This document shows, piece by piece, positions 50,315 through 62,067 of a stretch of 64,000 nt of DNA (position 1 is its first letter; each line of letters starts with the position of its first letter). Both the position numbers and the translations under genes were made by a program. The notes below the pieces were generated by a model. The model ran no database searches. It worked only from the letters and a program-made list of their open reading frames with translations, and had not been told where the DNA came from. Source of the stretch: Vicugna vicugna (Eukaryota); contig MU060401.1 in the NCBI GenBank assembly GCA_013265495.1, positions 186,001 through 250,000 of the forward strand, given 5' to 3'.

Positions 50315-50960
50315 TCACCCATTTAACAAAATAGTGGGAGCACCTTTTCTGTGCTAAGCACTGCTCCGGGTGCTAGGGGTACAGAGGTGGGCAAGATAGA
50401 CACTGTCCCTGATCTGATGGAGCTCACCATCCAGCAGGGGACAGCCAAGGCACAGAAGGCAGCCAAACACAGAAACAAATAAAACTGGCAGGAAAGGACC
50501 CTATGAAAATGAAACAAGGGATCGAATAGACGGCAAATGGGGATGGGGGCTACTTTAGTTGGTGGGAGGGGTCAGGAAGGGAGTCTCTGAGGAGGTGACG
50601 TCAGATCTGAGACCCGGAGGAGGGGGCGTGGTCCCGGAACAGCGGATCAGCAAACGCAGAGGTGGGAACGGTCTTGTATGCATTCGCCTTTTTGCTGTGG
50701 TTGATCCCGTTTGCTTTCTTTCGAGGGGAGGTAGAAAGGAGTGCCTGGCTGGGGCGCAGCGTCAGATAAAGATGGAGCAGGAGATGTCAGTCCTCTAGGG
50801 TTCTGTAAGCCATGGCAAAAGGTTTGGATTCTTGTGCTTACTCTGTGTTGGAAACTTACTCTGGCTGCTTCACAGAGAGGGGTTGTCAGAGGGCAAGGCT
50901 GGAAGTGGGGAGACCAGGGAGGAGGCGGAAACACGTCCAGATGAAAGAGGGCGGTGCAGG
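50315..50960 (-). mobile_element. L2 fragment (representative; others at ~7760-8290, 17800-17930, 23620-23900, 25830-26030, 31880-32060, 38130-38410, 49130-49260, 53090-53480)
   Basis: gagcaccttttctgtgctaagcactg...ggagctcaccatccagc...tctctgaggaggtgacg...tttggattctt...ggagaccaggga are L2 landmarks. Confidence 0.75.
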
Positions 50961-53942
50961 TGAGCCCAGCACCTGCTGAATGCTTACACGCCCCATCTCA
51001 TTTAACCCCCATTGCAACTCCGTGAGCTGCAAATTCTTATTCCGCCTATTTTACAGATGAGAAAACTGAGGCTTCAGAGCTATGAGGCTGCTTGAGATCA
51101 TAGAGTTTTAAGCCTAGCTCCAACCCTAGCTGATACAAATGGCAGAGCTGGGATTCCAGTCCAGGCAGTCCGACTCCTGAGCCCGTGGGATGTTGTGTCA
51201 TAACTATCAAAAGGCTTTTGAGTTAAGGGGCAGAGCTGGGGGGGGGGTTCAGTCCTTCCTTAGATGCTGTCTCCGGATGGATCCTGCAGGGACCACCCCT
51301 CTCTGAGTTGCTCCCTTGAATCAGAGAGAAGCCCCCAGACCTGGGTCTGTTTAGGGTGCCAATAGAAGTGGGAAGTCATTCCTGCAGACACCATGAATTA
51401 TTTTATTTTTAAAAATGCTTTTAATTGGGCATAACTTACTACCATGAAGTGCATCCATATATGTACAGATAAGTGGGTTTTTATATATGAAGACAGCCGT
51501 GAACCCACCATCCAGGTCAAGATAGAGATCCTCTATCACCCATACCCAGGACAATTTTGAAGGGTAAAGTTTATGCCCCAAACACAGCCTGTCTCTGTGA
51601 TGTAACAGGTTTTTCCAAGATTTCCTGCCTCCCTCAGAAGGAAGACTCTACTGGAAACTCCCAGTGACTCCCAGATCCTGGGCAGGCCAGCACCAAAGTC
51701 CTTGTCAAAAAACTGAGAAGTGAAGAGGGTGGCTTGGTGAATGACCAGGACTTTAGAATGAGGGTGCTTTGAAGGTGACTCATATGAGCATTTCCACATA
51801 TGTCTCATCTCCCAGCAGTCAGTGAGGTAGGTGGTCCCACTTTTATTTGCAAAGAAGCCTCAGTTTCACCATCTGTTAAATGGGTGGATGGGAAGAGATG
51901 AACTTGAAGCAGAGTCTCTTCCAGACTCAATAATCCTAAGATTCTCAAGGTCAGGAGGAAGTGACAAACCCACCCAGATGCCATTCCCTCCCTCCAAATG
52001 AAACAGGACTCTCTCAGATTCCTCCATCCCCCACCTCCTCAAAATCGGACACGGAAGAGATCATATCCTTGCCATCCTCTCTCCTGGGAGGAGCCTCTTC
52101 AGAGGACGCTTCGTGTTTGCAAGTTGCTTTAGGGTCAAACCGACTGGGGCTTGAATCCTAGCTCTGTCACTTACCAGTTGTGTGACGCTGGGCAAGTCAC
52201 TTCACCTCTCTGGGCCTCAGTTTCCTTGTCTGTGCATGGAGATAGTAATGGCCCTTAACACAAAGATGTCTGTAAGGATTCAATGAGATAATGACAGGAA
52301 AGGGCTTGGAAGGTGCCAAAAGCTTGGAGGTGCGCAATGAATCGTACCTACTGTTACTGATCTGATGACGGTTGTTGAAGTTCTGAGCACCAGGTAGGTA
52401 TTCTCTAGACCTGCGCGCTCTCTTCCTTCACCATCTCTCTCCTCAGCCCCACTTGCCCACCACAGCAGTAACTGGGTGATGTGTCTGAGGGTGTCTCCAT
52501 CTCCCAGAGGCAGGGGAGACTTCTGGAAGATCCCACAGGTCAGAATTTGGTGACCTCCAAGGTTAAACCCCAAGTTCAAGTACTTGGAGTCTCGTCTGCA
52601 TAAATTCCCCGCAGCCACCGCCCGCGATTGCTGCATTAATATGCCTCCGTTCCTCTTAGGTTAATGTATGTATAATTTATAGGGCTTTATTATGTGCGCA
52701 GAGGGCTCCCCTGAGAAATATAATTGTGCATTGGGAGGTAAATTTGAATAATATTTACAATTAATTTCCGTCAATAAAGCAACGCGCCGAAGCCTCTGTG
52801 CAGCTGAAACGAGCCCTGGGTCGGTTTCCCACTAACTGCTCCCTGGAGAAAGCTTGGGTAGCTTTTCAGTATCTCTGGACGAGTCCACTTCTCTCAAGCT
52901 CTGTCTTGGCTCCCAAAGTCCAGACACCATCGCACTCGCCCAGATGCTGCAGCAGCCTCCTACCTCCCCTCGTGCCCCCATCTAGTTTGTCCCCCCCTCC
53001 CAGAGCAGCCCTGGGCATCGGGCATCCTTCTAATATGCAAGTCTGAGCATCTCAAAGTAAAGACCCATCCCGCAGTCTGGCCCTGCCTTCTCTCCATCCT
53101 ATCTGGTCCCTGCTCATTCTACTCACTCTGCTGCAGCCCCCACCCCCTTTCAGTCCCTCAAGGTCACTCTGTTCCCTCCCACATCAATGCCATCACCCAT
53201 GCTGTTTCCTGCACGAAGCACCATCTCCGGCACCTTCTCCCCATCCTTCGCATCTCATGTGTCTCTTCCCCTGGGGAAGTTCCTTGGTCTTTGGACAGCA
53301 TCAGATCCCTCTATATGAGAAGCACTTGCTGTGTTTGTTTTCCATTTAAGGTATTTTTTTTAACTGGCTGTCACGAATGAATGAGCTCAGGAGGACAGAG
53401 GCTGTGTATGTGCCAGTGCCGACCACAGGGCCTGGTAAAGAGGAGTATTAAATAGATGCTTGTGGAACGGACAAATGGATGGATTTATACAGAGATGGTT
53501 ACGGAAGTGGCTGGGTGCACGAAAGGATGGCTGAGTGGATGCGTGCGCGAAAGGATGGCTGAATGAACGTGTAGACGGCGGTATCCGTCCTTGGGTGGCC
53601 AGATCACAGACTTAGGAGTAAGGAGTCCTGGGTTTCAGTCTCCTCTCTGCCACAGCTTACTTTGTTACCTTGGATAAGTCACTACCTGTCTCATATCCTT
53701 GGTAACTAGGAAAATTAAATGAGTGGAGGAAATTTTTTCAAGGAGCAGATTTGTTGGAGTCCAAAATTTGGGGACTAGAAGGTTGGAAATCTCAGGGTTT
53801 CTCCTGCTGTCTCACAACATAGCTGTGTGACTTCAGACAGGATGCTTCACCTCTCGGATCCTCAGCTGGGATTCCACGAGGCGGGTGGGGAAGGCAAGGG
53901 GAGGGACCCTCCAGCGCTGATCCCCATGCTTGTTTCAGTCTC

Positions 53943-53948
53943 TTTATT
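53943..53948 (-). terminator. Probable CMKLR1 poly(A) signal AATAAA (3'UTR about 3.5 kb)
   Basis: TTTATT on the + strand. It is the first canonical minus-strand hexamer I found downstream of the stop, and the distance fits the long 3'UTR known for this gene. Confidence 0.65.
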
Positions 53949-56900
53949 CGAAAGAAACTTTGTCCTCAAAATGAGGAAGCAAGCAAGCCCCTGCTGAATT
54001 ATTTCAAGGTTTGACAAGCGGCTTCCTGGATCCCCCAGTGCCGGATACCAGCCCCAGCAGCAATTTCCCAAAGCCAGAGCATCATAGGCTGTCAGGGAGG
54101 GACCGGAGAGGGAGGCCAGAGGCAGGAGGTGGAGACTCACTGACTATGTCCGTCCAAGCCAACACCACCTCCTTTTGCAGGTTTCTCAAAGGTTAGCTCT
54201 CACACCCTCAATTCCCTCATCTGTAAAATGGGAAAGGCCTGGGGGAGATAAGTTTGAGAGGTCCTTGTGATTCTGGCTGTTGGATTCTCTCTTCTCCCAC
54301 CCATCCTGGCCCCTACGCCCTCCAGGGCTGAGTCTGGAGTCAGGCTTAAGGTAAACCCCTCCATCGGCCAGCGCCGGGGTCAGTCTCCCCTTCTAAGCCC
54401 CTCCCTCTTGCCCCCCCTCCGCCTTCTCCTCCTCTCTCCCTCTGCTCCCTCTGCCCCCCTCCCTCCTCTCTCTGTCTCTCCATCCTCCCAAGGGCTGAAG
54501 AACTTGGACACTCAGGCAGCAGACCCCATTCCACCATTTACTACTGTGTGACCCCGAACAAGTGAGGTCTGCAGTCCGAACCTCGCTTCCTGCATCTGCA
54601 TCGTGGGTCCGATGGTCCTCTTCTCCCACGGCTGCTCTGAGGCTGGATGAGATTTTGTGGCTGACACTTGGTAGATGCTTAATATACGCCAGATCCTTTT
54701 CTTCGTTGGCAGTCCGTTTCCTCTGTGCAACTCTCCTCCCTCCCTCTCCCCTGCCCTCAAACAGCATGATCTCTTCCCGTCCCTTTGCCCACAGCCCTGC
54801 CCCCCCTCCGCCCACCCACCTGCTCCACCCACCCCACCCAGGAGGCAGCACTGAGGCCCCATCAGCCAGATCCTGGCCCTGGAGGGAGTGCTCCCGGGCA
54901 CAAAGCGTGCTGGCCGCCTGTGGAGTAATTCACATGAACAGACTTTGTGATCTCCACGGGGCCTTTGTACGTCTGACCTGCGGAAGGTCTCAGAAGAAGC
55001 TGTAGGGACAAGATGAAGGGGATGTCCTGGGTGCATTTAAGCATTTGATGGGAAACTCCAGTCAGAGCAGGGTAGCCAGAAAGAGTGGGCCCTGGCTCTG
55101 AGGAGGGAAACAGCTGGTTTTCATTCCGCTTCTGTTCGTCAGCTTTTCCAATGACAAAATCGCTTCCTGGCTCCCCTAGCCCGGCCTGGCGAGCACGCAG
55201 CCCAGGAAGAATGAGACAGCGAGCCCCAAGGAACAGCGTGGTCCTCCCCAAGCCATGGATGACCATCTCCAGGACTGGAATGCATCCCACTCCAGCTTGG
55301 GTCTCGGATGCCTCACCCGTGGAGATGGGGTGGGGTTGAGGATGGAGGACGGGGATGCTGGGCGGTGTGTCCGGCCCCCTTCTCACTCTCAAACTAAGCT
55401 CAGATGGCTTGGAGCCAGTGGAGGCCCCAGCTGGGGGTCAACTCAGAGCTGTCTCGTCACAAGCACAGGACGGAACAGTTTGTCTCTTAATGAGGTGTGA
55501 TTCCAAAACAGTCCATGGCCTCAGGAAATCGCTGGGCACTGTGTAGACATCTATTCATGGCATCTTGTTGGAGAATTGGCTTCACAATGAAGAAACTTGG
55601 AAGAGAGCAGAATGTGGACACTTAGAGACCAAAGGGCCCTCCTACTGGCCTCCCCCCACCCCGCCCCGCTCTCCCCGGAGAGCTTGGGGGCACACGAGGT
55701 GGGAGCCATGGTGGCCAAGTGTGAATGGGAGCCAAGGGACCTGGAAGCCAAGTTCATTTTCTTTGCCATGTTGGGTCTTTTCCAAAAACTATTTGCAAAG
55801 CTGACTTCAAAGCCCTTAAGATGTTGATATTAATCTGCTGAGGGATATGGAGATATTTATAATCAAAACCCCAAGCCTCTGTAGCCTTATTTCAGGCAGA
55901 CAGACCTTGGTTCAAGTCCAGGCTCTAACGCAGACCGGCTGGGTGCCCTTGGGCAACTTACTTAAACTCTCTGAGCCCCAGATGCCTCCTCCATAGAAGG
56001 GAAGTGATGATTGTTCCTAACTCAGGGCTGCTGTGAGAGATAAATGAGATACACATGTAACGTGCTTAACATAGGAGTGCTAAATAAATGTAGGTTATCC
56101 GCATTGTCTACAATATTCTCAATAGATCCATCCTGCATAAAAGATGAGTTTCTGGGGCCAGGTAGGGCTGGCTTCAGATCCTTAACTCTTAGCCTCTGGC
56201 TCGCTGTGTGACGTTGGGTGAGTGATTTCCCTCTGCTAAGCCTCTGCTTTGTCGTTTGTAAATGGGACAAGGACACCCTGCAGCATGGGGAAGTGGGGGG
56301 GTCCCAGTTGAAAAAAAGACAACGTAGCTACACACAGGAGATGCTCTGGGCCCTCGGCCCCCCTCGGCCCTGCGTCTCGGGAGCAGAGTTCAAGAAGCGA
56401 GGCTCCCACTTCTGCTCTGAGCACAGGGACAGAGCACCGGACACCCCTTTGGCCCTCGAGGTGCTCCCAGATTGATTTTGGACCAGCCTCCAGCAAGGCT
56501 TTGAGAAAGGTAAGGAGGAGGAGATGTGCAACCCCCAGTTCCCCCTACTCCCTGCCCCCTGCCCTGGAGTATTCTGAGCACCTCCAGCCTGAGCCAGGGG
56601 GTTAGAGAAGAGGGGGGTGATGGGGTAGGGGCTGCCTGCCTCAAACCAGCCCCAGGGTAACAAATGCAAAGTGAGATCAGGGCTTGGGCCAAAGGGCTGG
56701 CATCGCTTATCCCCACCCTGAAAACAGCTAAGATCCGAAGCACTGTCACCCTGGGAAGTTCAAAGGTGGGCTGCATCAACCCTCTTCTTTCTCTGGCCCT
56801 CCCCACCCCCGGCCCCAAGTCCTCACTGCAGTCCTGTTTCTCTTGCTCTCACAAAGAGCCCTGTGGCCCCTGGGGATCTCTTCTCTGTCTTACCAGCTGA

Positions 56901-57471
56901 TCCGAAAGCCAAAAAACATGGCCCCAGGAGATCAAGCGCTCACATGTCGCCTCCTCCTCCCAGGTAACCTCGAACCCAGAGGAGTGGCTTGAATGGCAGG
57001 ATTCCTGGCCAGCTGTTGATATAAGGATGTGGGACGAGGCGTGATCTCCATCGCACCAGGTTTGCTCTGACCTCCTCTGCTCCCATCAGGAATGGACCTT
57101 GGAAACTGTCTGTGTTATTTCAGGGGAGTGCTCCCCTGAAGGTGGGATTAATCCCTCTGTCTCATGTCCAACCCAGTTCATGGCAGTGCTTTTGAGAATT
57201 CTCCCTTTTTCGTTTTGCATCGGTCCAGGCTAGCCTCCCAAAAACCATGGGAAGCTGGTCCAAGGCTGAGTACCATGGATGCTCTGTCTACCATGACACT
57301 GAAAGAAAGGAGTTCCAGGCCCTGGATTCCCAGCTCAAAACACTGTTCAGCCCCATGCAAAATGCAGTGGGCATCTGTGGGTACCCAAGAGGCTCCTACC
57401 ATGGTCCGGAGAACGCATCACTTTGAGCTTCCAAGGTTGGGAGTATCCATTCGGGGGTTTCCAGGCGAGGC

Positions 57472-58569
57472 TCAGAGCATGCTGGTCTCCCTCTCATTCA
57501 TGGATGACATCTTGGTAAAGCTCCTGTGGCTGGGGTAGGAGGAGTGGCCCGTGTCCTCACTCAGAGCATTGACGAGACGGGAGAAGAGGGCCACCTTGAA
57601 CTTCTTGAAGTCCTGACCCATGAAGACGTACAGGATGGGGTTCATGCAGCTGTTGGCAATGGCGACGGCAGTGGCCAAGGGCACACCCAGGCTGAAGACG
57701 GAGCCCGACATGGCGCGGTGGTGGAGTTCCAGGAGGTACAGCGTGTGGTAGGGGCACCAGCAGAGGAAGAAGGTGATGATGATGGTCACGATGATCTTGA
57801 AGGGCTTCTTGGTCTTGGCCAGGCGGTTGTGCCGCAGCTTGTAGACGATGGTGATGTAGCAGGCAGTGATGATGAGGACCGGGATCAGGAAGCCACAGAG
57901 GAAACGGGTGATGGTCACCACCATGTGCCGGCCGAACCCCACAGGGTCCACGTGGCGGTGATCGGGCCACGAGGCAGAGCTGGCGGCAGACAGGCTGAAG
58001 TTATTAAAGCAGGATATTTTCCCGTGCAGGTAGGCCGTGTCCCGGAAGACGAGGGATGGGGAACTCAGGAAGAAAGCCAGGACCCAGATCACCATGCAGG
58101 CCATGTAAGCCAGCCGGACGCTGCGGTGGTTCTGGGACCAGACGGGGAGGAGAACAGAGATGCAGCGGTCGAAGCTGATGATGGTCAGCAGGAAGACGCT
58201 GGTGTACATGTTGTGGATGAGCAGGAAGTTGCTGATCTTGCACATGGCCGTCCCGAACACCCAGTGGTAGTCCATGGCGGCGTAGGCGATGTGGATCGGG
58301 AGGAAGACATTGAACAGGAAATCCGCCACAGCCAGGTTGAGGAACCAGACAGTGTTCACCGTCTTCTTCATCTTGAAGGCGGTGATGACGATGACCAAAC
58401 CATTGCCCAAGAGCCCCAGGAAACAGACGATGCTGTAGACCACCACCAGGAAGATCCTGACCACCCTGCCTTCCAGGGGAGATAAGTCCTCCAAAACCAG
58501 GATGGAGTCTAAATCCTCGGAGTACTCATACTCGTCGGCGAAGGAGCCGTTGTAATCCTCATTCTCCAT
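57472..58569 (-). CDS. CMKLR1: Chemerin-like receptor 1 (ChemR23), class A GPCR, 365 aa
   Basis: Seven-TM motifs GNGLV, LAVAD, DRC, CWCPY and NPILY; N-glycosylation sequons NGS and NFS; C-terminus FTKMSSMNERETSML. The ATG at 58569 has a strong Kozak context (A at -3, G at +4) and lies 3 nt inside an acceptor (CAG at 58575-58573). Confidence 0.98.
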   Translation of the reverse strand: MENEDYNGSFADEYEYSEDLDSILVLEDLSPLEGRVVRIFLVVVYSIVCFLGLLGNGLVIVITAFKMKKTVNTVWFLNLAVADFLFNVFLPIHIAYAAMDYHWVFGTAMCKISNFLLIHNMYTSVFLLTIISFDRCISVLLPVWSQNHRSVRLAYMACMVIWVLAFFLSSPSLVFRDTAYLHGKISCFNNFSLSAASSASWPDHRHVDPVGFGRHMVVTITRFLCGFLIPVLIITACYITIVYKLRHNRLAKTKKPFKIIVTIIITFFLCWCPYHTLYLLELHHRAMSGSVFSLGVPLATAVAIANSCMNPILYVFMGQDFKKFKVALFSRLVNALSEDTGHSSYPSHRSFTKMSSMNERETSML

Positions 58570-59236
58570 TCTCTGCAAGGGGAGGCGGGGGTCAATGGGG
58601 GAACTTTGGTTAGAACTGACTTTCAGAGGCTGACCAATACCAGCAAGACTGACAGTGTTCCCCCCCCCCACTGCCCCCGGCTCTGAGCAAGGCCAGTTGG
58701 GTGGTTTAACCATTTCTCACTTTGCTTTTTTATTTATTTAACAAACACTTCTCTGGAACCTCCTACATCCCGGGTCCTAATCTAAAGCTGGATGCATATA
58801 AACTCTCTTCATCCTCACAACAACTCCATGAGATCAGAAGGTTACAAACCTCCTTTTACAGATTAAGAAACTGAGGCACAGAGAGTTTAAGTCACTTGCC
58901 CAAGGCCACACAGCAGGGAAGAGGCAGAGCCAGGAGTCAGGTCCCAGCTTCTGAGTCTATCCTCTTGATATTTTACTGCCTCACTGGGACCCTCCTCTTC
59001 CCCTTACAGTCTAGTAGGGGAAACAGACATTCATCAAAAACTCCTCAAATCATGGAAAAGTCACAATAATATTTAGAGCAATGAAGGAGAGGTGCACGGT
59101 CCTGTGAACTTGGTTCCGATCGTGTTTCTAAAGCCCAGCCGACAGCCGTGCTGACATCCTCCCCTGCTCCCACCCGGGCATGGTCCCCCACAGGCACCCT
59201 TTGGAGAGATGAATTCAGACCACAAGGGTGCCTCAC

Positions 59237-59312
59237 TGTTCACTGTTGTGGTGCCCAAAGCTCCCCAGTGTGGGTCCCCAGGCAATCAGTCCCTGCACAC
59301 AGCTGGAAACAC
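59237..59312 (-). other. CMKLR1: CMKLR1 76-nt 5'UTR exon
   Basis: On the minus strand: acceptor ttcttccctgcag| GTGTTTCCAGCTGTG...ACAGTGAACA |GTGAGG donor. Size and sequence resemble the penultimate exon of human CMKLR1 as I recall it. The intron is 58573-59236. Confidence 0.85.
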
Positions 59313-61949
59313 CTGCAGGGAAGAACGAGGAGGCAGAAGCCGGATCGAGGTCTAAGAACCAAGGGTTTGGGTGGACTCGGAGCCTGAGAGAGAATTCTAC
59401 TGTTACTACTCCCAGTTTATAGACGAGGAAGCAGAGGCTCGGCGTGGCGCTCGGTGCGATGTGCGCGAGGTTACAGAGCTGGGAAGTGGTGGGGTCTCCT
59501 GAGTCCAGACCTAGAGCTGGACACGTCATCCCAACCCCCATCTCCCCCCACTCCCCCCAAGCACATCCTTAGGTGAAGCATGATTCAGCGGTGGGTGCAG
59601 GGGAAGGTGCAGGAGAGAGAGTGTGGATGGCTCGATACAAATCCAGGGTGGGACCCAGGAAACATCATTTCAGGCAGTGTTGGCGACCCAGGGGACAGGA
59701 AGAGGAACTGCCCAGAGGACCTACTATGTGCCAAGAACCATAATTCCTTCATCTCATCTAGCCTCCCCAGGGCACAGAGAGCTTAAGTCACTTGCCCAAG
59801 GTCACACAGGCAGGGGATATCGCTCCTGTTTTGGAGCTGTGGAAACTGAGGCTCAGAGAGAGGAGCACCATTCTTACTGGGGATTTTCTGGGCCCTGTGG
59901 GTACCAAGAATCGGATGCAGGCCCTGCTGTCACAACGGTCTGGTGGGGACACAGACACAGATGCGTTCCCTGAGCACCTGCTGTAGGCCAGACAGCAGAA
60001 CTGGCACTTCACACAGTCCCCATGACAAGCGTGTTGTTGGATATTTTCCCAATTTATAGAAGAACAAACTGAGACCGGAGAATGGGCAAGCTTGGGAGGT
60101 CTTGGAGGCGGTGGTCGTGCGCATGGTTCAAACCCAGTCTTGGCCACCTCCCAGCCCTGTGGTTTTGGACACGCGATTGCTCCACTCTGAGCCTCAGTTT
60201 CCTCATCAGTAAAGTGAGACTACTCACGACTACGCAGAACGGATGTACGGATTACAGGCAATCAGGAACAGGGAGCATTTGGCTCGGGGCTGGCACGTAG
60301 TAAACCATCAATAAATATTCAGTGGTAACGTTACAGCCCAGGGGTAGACAGCTGAATTCTGAGCTGGAAATTGAACCCAAGACTCTGACACCCCAGGGCC
60401 CGTGCACTTTCCACCACCCAAGCTCTTCCCTGCTGACAAGTAGGCTCCAAACCAGATGTTTCAGCAAGACTGCCAAACGATGCTCTGTTATAAATAACTT
60501 CAACTTTCCTCTGTATCAATTCATTACTGGTCCTAGCTGGGCTTGAGGTTGTATTTTATTGCATAAAAGTCATCTTTGCTTTGTATTAAATAAAAGCCTC
60601 TTGGAAATTTCTGTTGAGGCCAGGGACTGAGAATTTAAACTTGGGCGTCACTCCACTCTGCAGCCTGGGAGGATGTTCCGGAGGTGCCCAACCAGGGGGT
60701 CCTCAAGGGCTTCCTGGGGAACACGGAGAGAAGATGGGAAGGCTGTAGATGCCCCCCCATTCCCATAAGTGGGAAAAATGATGGGTGTTCATGATAATAA
60801 TGTACGTGCTGAGCATATGACACCAAGGGTGTGACTTTAACCCCAGGAGGGGCCACCCACAAGGAAGACTTGCCCAAGGCATCCAGGCAGGAAATGGAGA
60901 GCCCAGATGTGCACCAGGTCTGCAGAACCCAGGCTCTTGACCATTCCTCCACACTGTCCCCAAAATCATCATCCAATGACAGCCACGGAGTGCTTCCTTG
61001 AGGAAGGAATGAGCTTGTCCACGGTCCCTGCGCCAGGCTGTGCAGGATCCAGGAACGAGGAGATGGCTTCCCCAGGGTTCCTTCCCACGGGGGCTCACAA
61101 TCAGTGACAAGGGACAAGACAAAGGTGGTGCTGTGACAGGGCAAGGCCAGGATGCCCCCAAAGAGCCCCGAAGAGGGGCATTCCCCAGCCTGGGCATCAG
61201 AGGCTTCCTGGGGCAGGCAGGATCTGCAGCTGAGTTCTAAAGGACAAGTGTGAGCTCAGACGGGAAGGCAGGAGGAAAAAGGACATGCCAGGCCGTCTCC
61301 CCACCCACCATGGGCCCCCCTTATTGGTTGAAGTCTGAGCGCCCAGAGGAGGGTGAAGGGGAGCAGGGTCTCAGGACCCAGCACTTGGCAGCAGCGTCGG
61401 CAGAGAGTCGAGGGACACAGATAACGTCATGTCTGGCTCTCCCGCTGGGCTGGAAGCAGCTCAGGGTCAGAGGCCACATGTCTTTTCATTGTCGAGCAGG
61501 GTCCAGGGGGGCGGAGTGTGGGGATGCCTGGCCTCGTCCCACCGGGAATGAGTCAGCCGCTGGTGCGCGCCCCTCCCCCTCCTGCCCCTTCCCTCCCGGT
61601 CCCTGAGCCCTTGGGATCTCCCTACAGGGGGGCCTTAGTCACAGGTTTGCCCTCAGCTCACCTCCCTCCTGTCCTGAGAGCCCGTTTCTGCCCACAGCCC
61701 AGGTGATACAGCACAGTGGTCAAGGACACAGACCCAGCCAAGCTGCCAGCGTTCACATCCTCTTTCTGCATGAACTCCCTGTAACCTCGAGCCAGTCGAT
61801 TATCTTCTGTGTACCTCAGTTGTCTTATCTGTAAAATGGGTATGATCCAAAGGGTTTGAATGGTTGAGAGAATTAAGTCCTAAGAAGTCCTGTTATGCAG
61901 TAAACACTATTCCTGTTATTTTATTATCACCATTTTTCCCCTCGGGCTA

Positions 61950-62067
61950 TTCTTTTCTTCTTTCTTTATTTTAATTTTTTTATCTTTCAAAGGCAGTACT
62001 GGGGATTGAACCCAGGACCTCGTGCACGCTAAGCAAACACTCTACCACTGAGCTATGCCCTCTTCCC
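61950..62067 (-). mobile_element. vic-1-like SINE in CMKLR1 intron
   Basis: Minus strand reads GGCATAGCTCAGTGGTAGAGTG...GGTTCAATCCCCAGTAC followed by an A-rich tail. Confidence 0.88.

Noticed and set aside
57526-58485. 319-aa + strand ORF
   Set aside because: Codon-aligned antisense shadow of CMKLR1. It stays open because the GC3-rich sense frame lacks TTA/CTA/TCA codons there, and there is no independent coding signal.
58570-58713. 48-aa N-terminal extension of the 413-aa CMKLR1 ORF
   Set aside because: It lies in the intron upstream of the CAG acceptor at 58575-58573, and the spliced mRNA has an in-frame TGA upstream.
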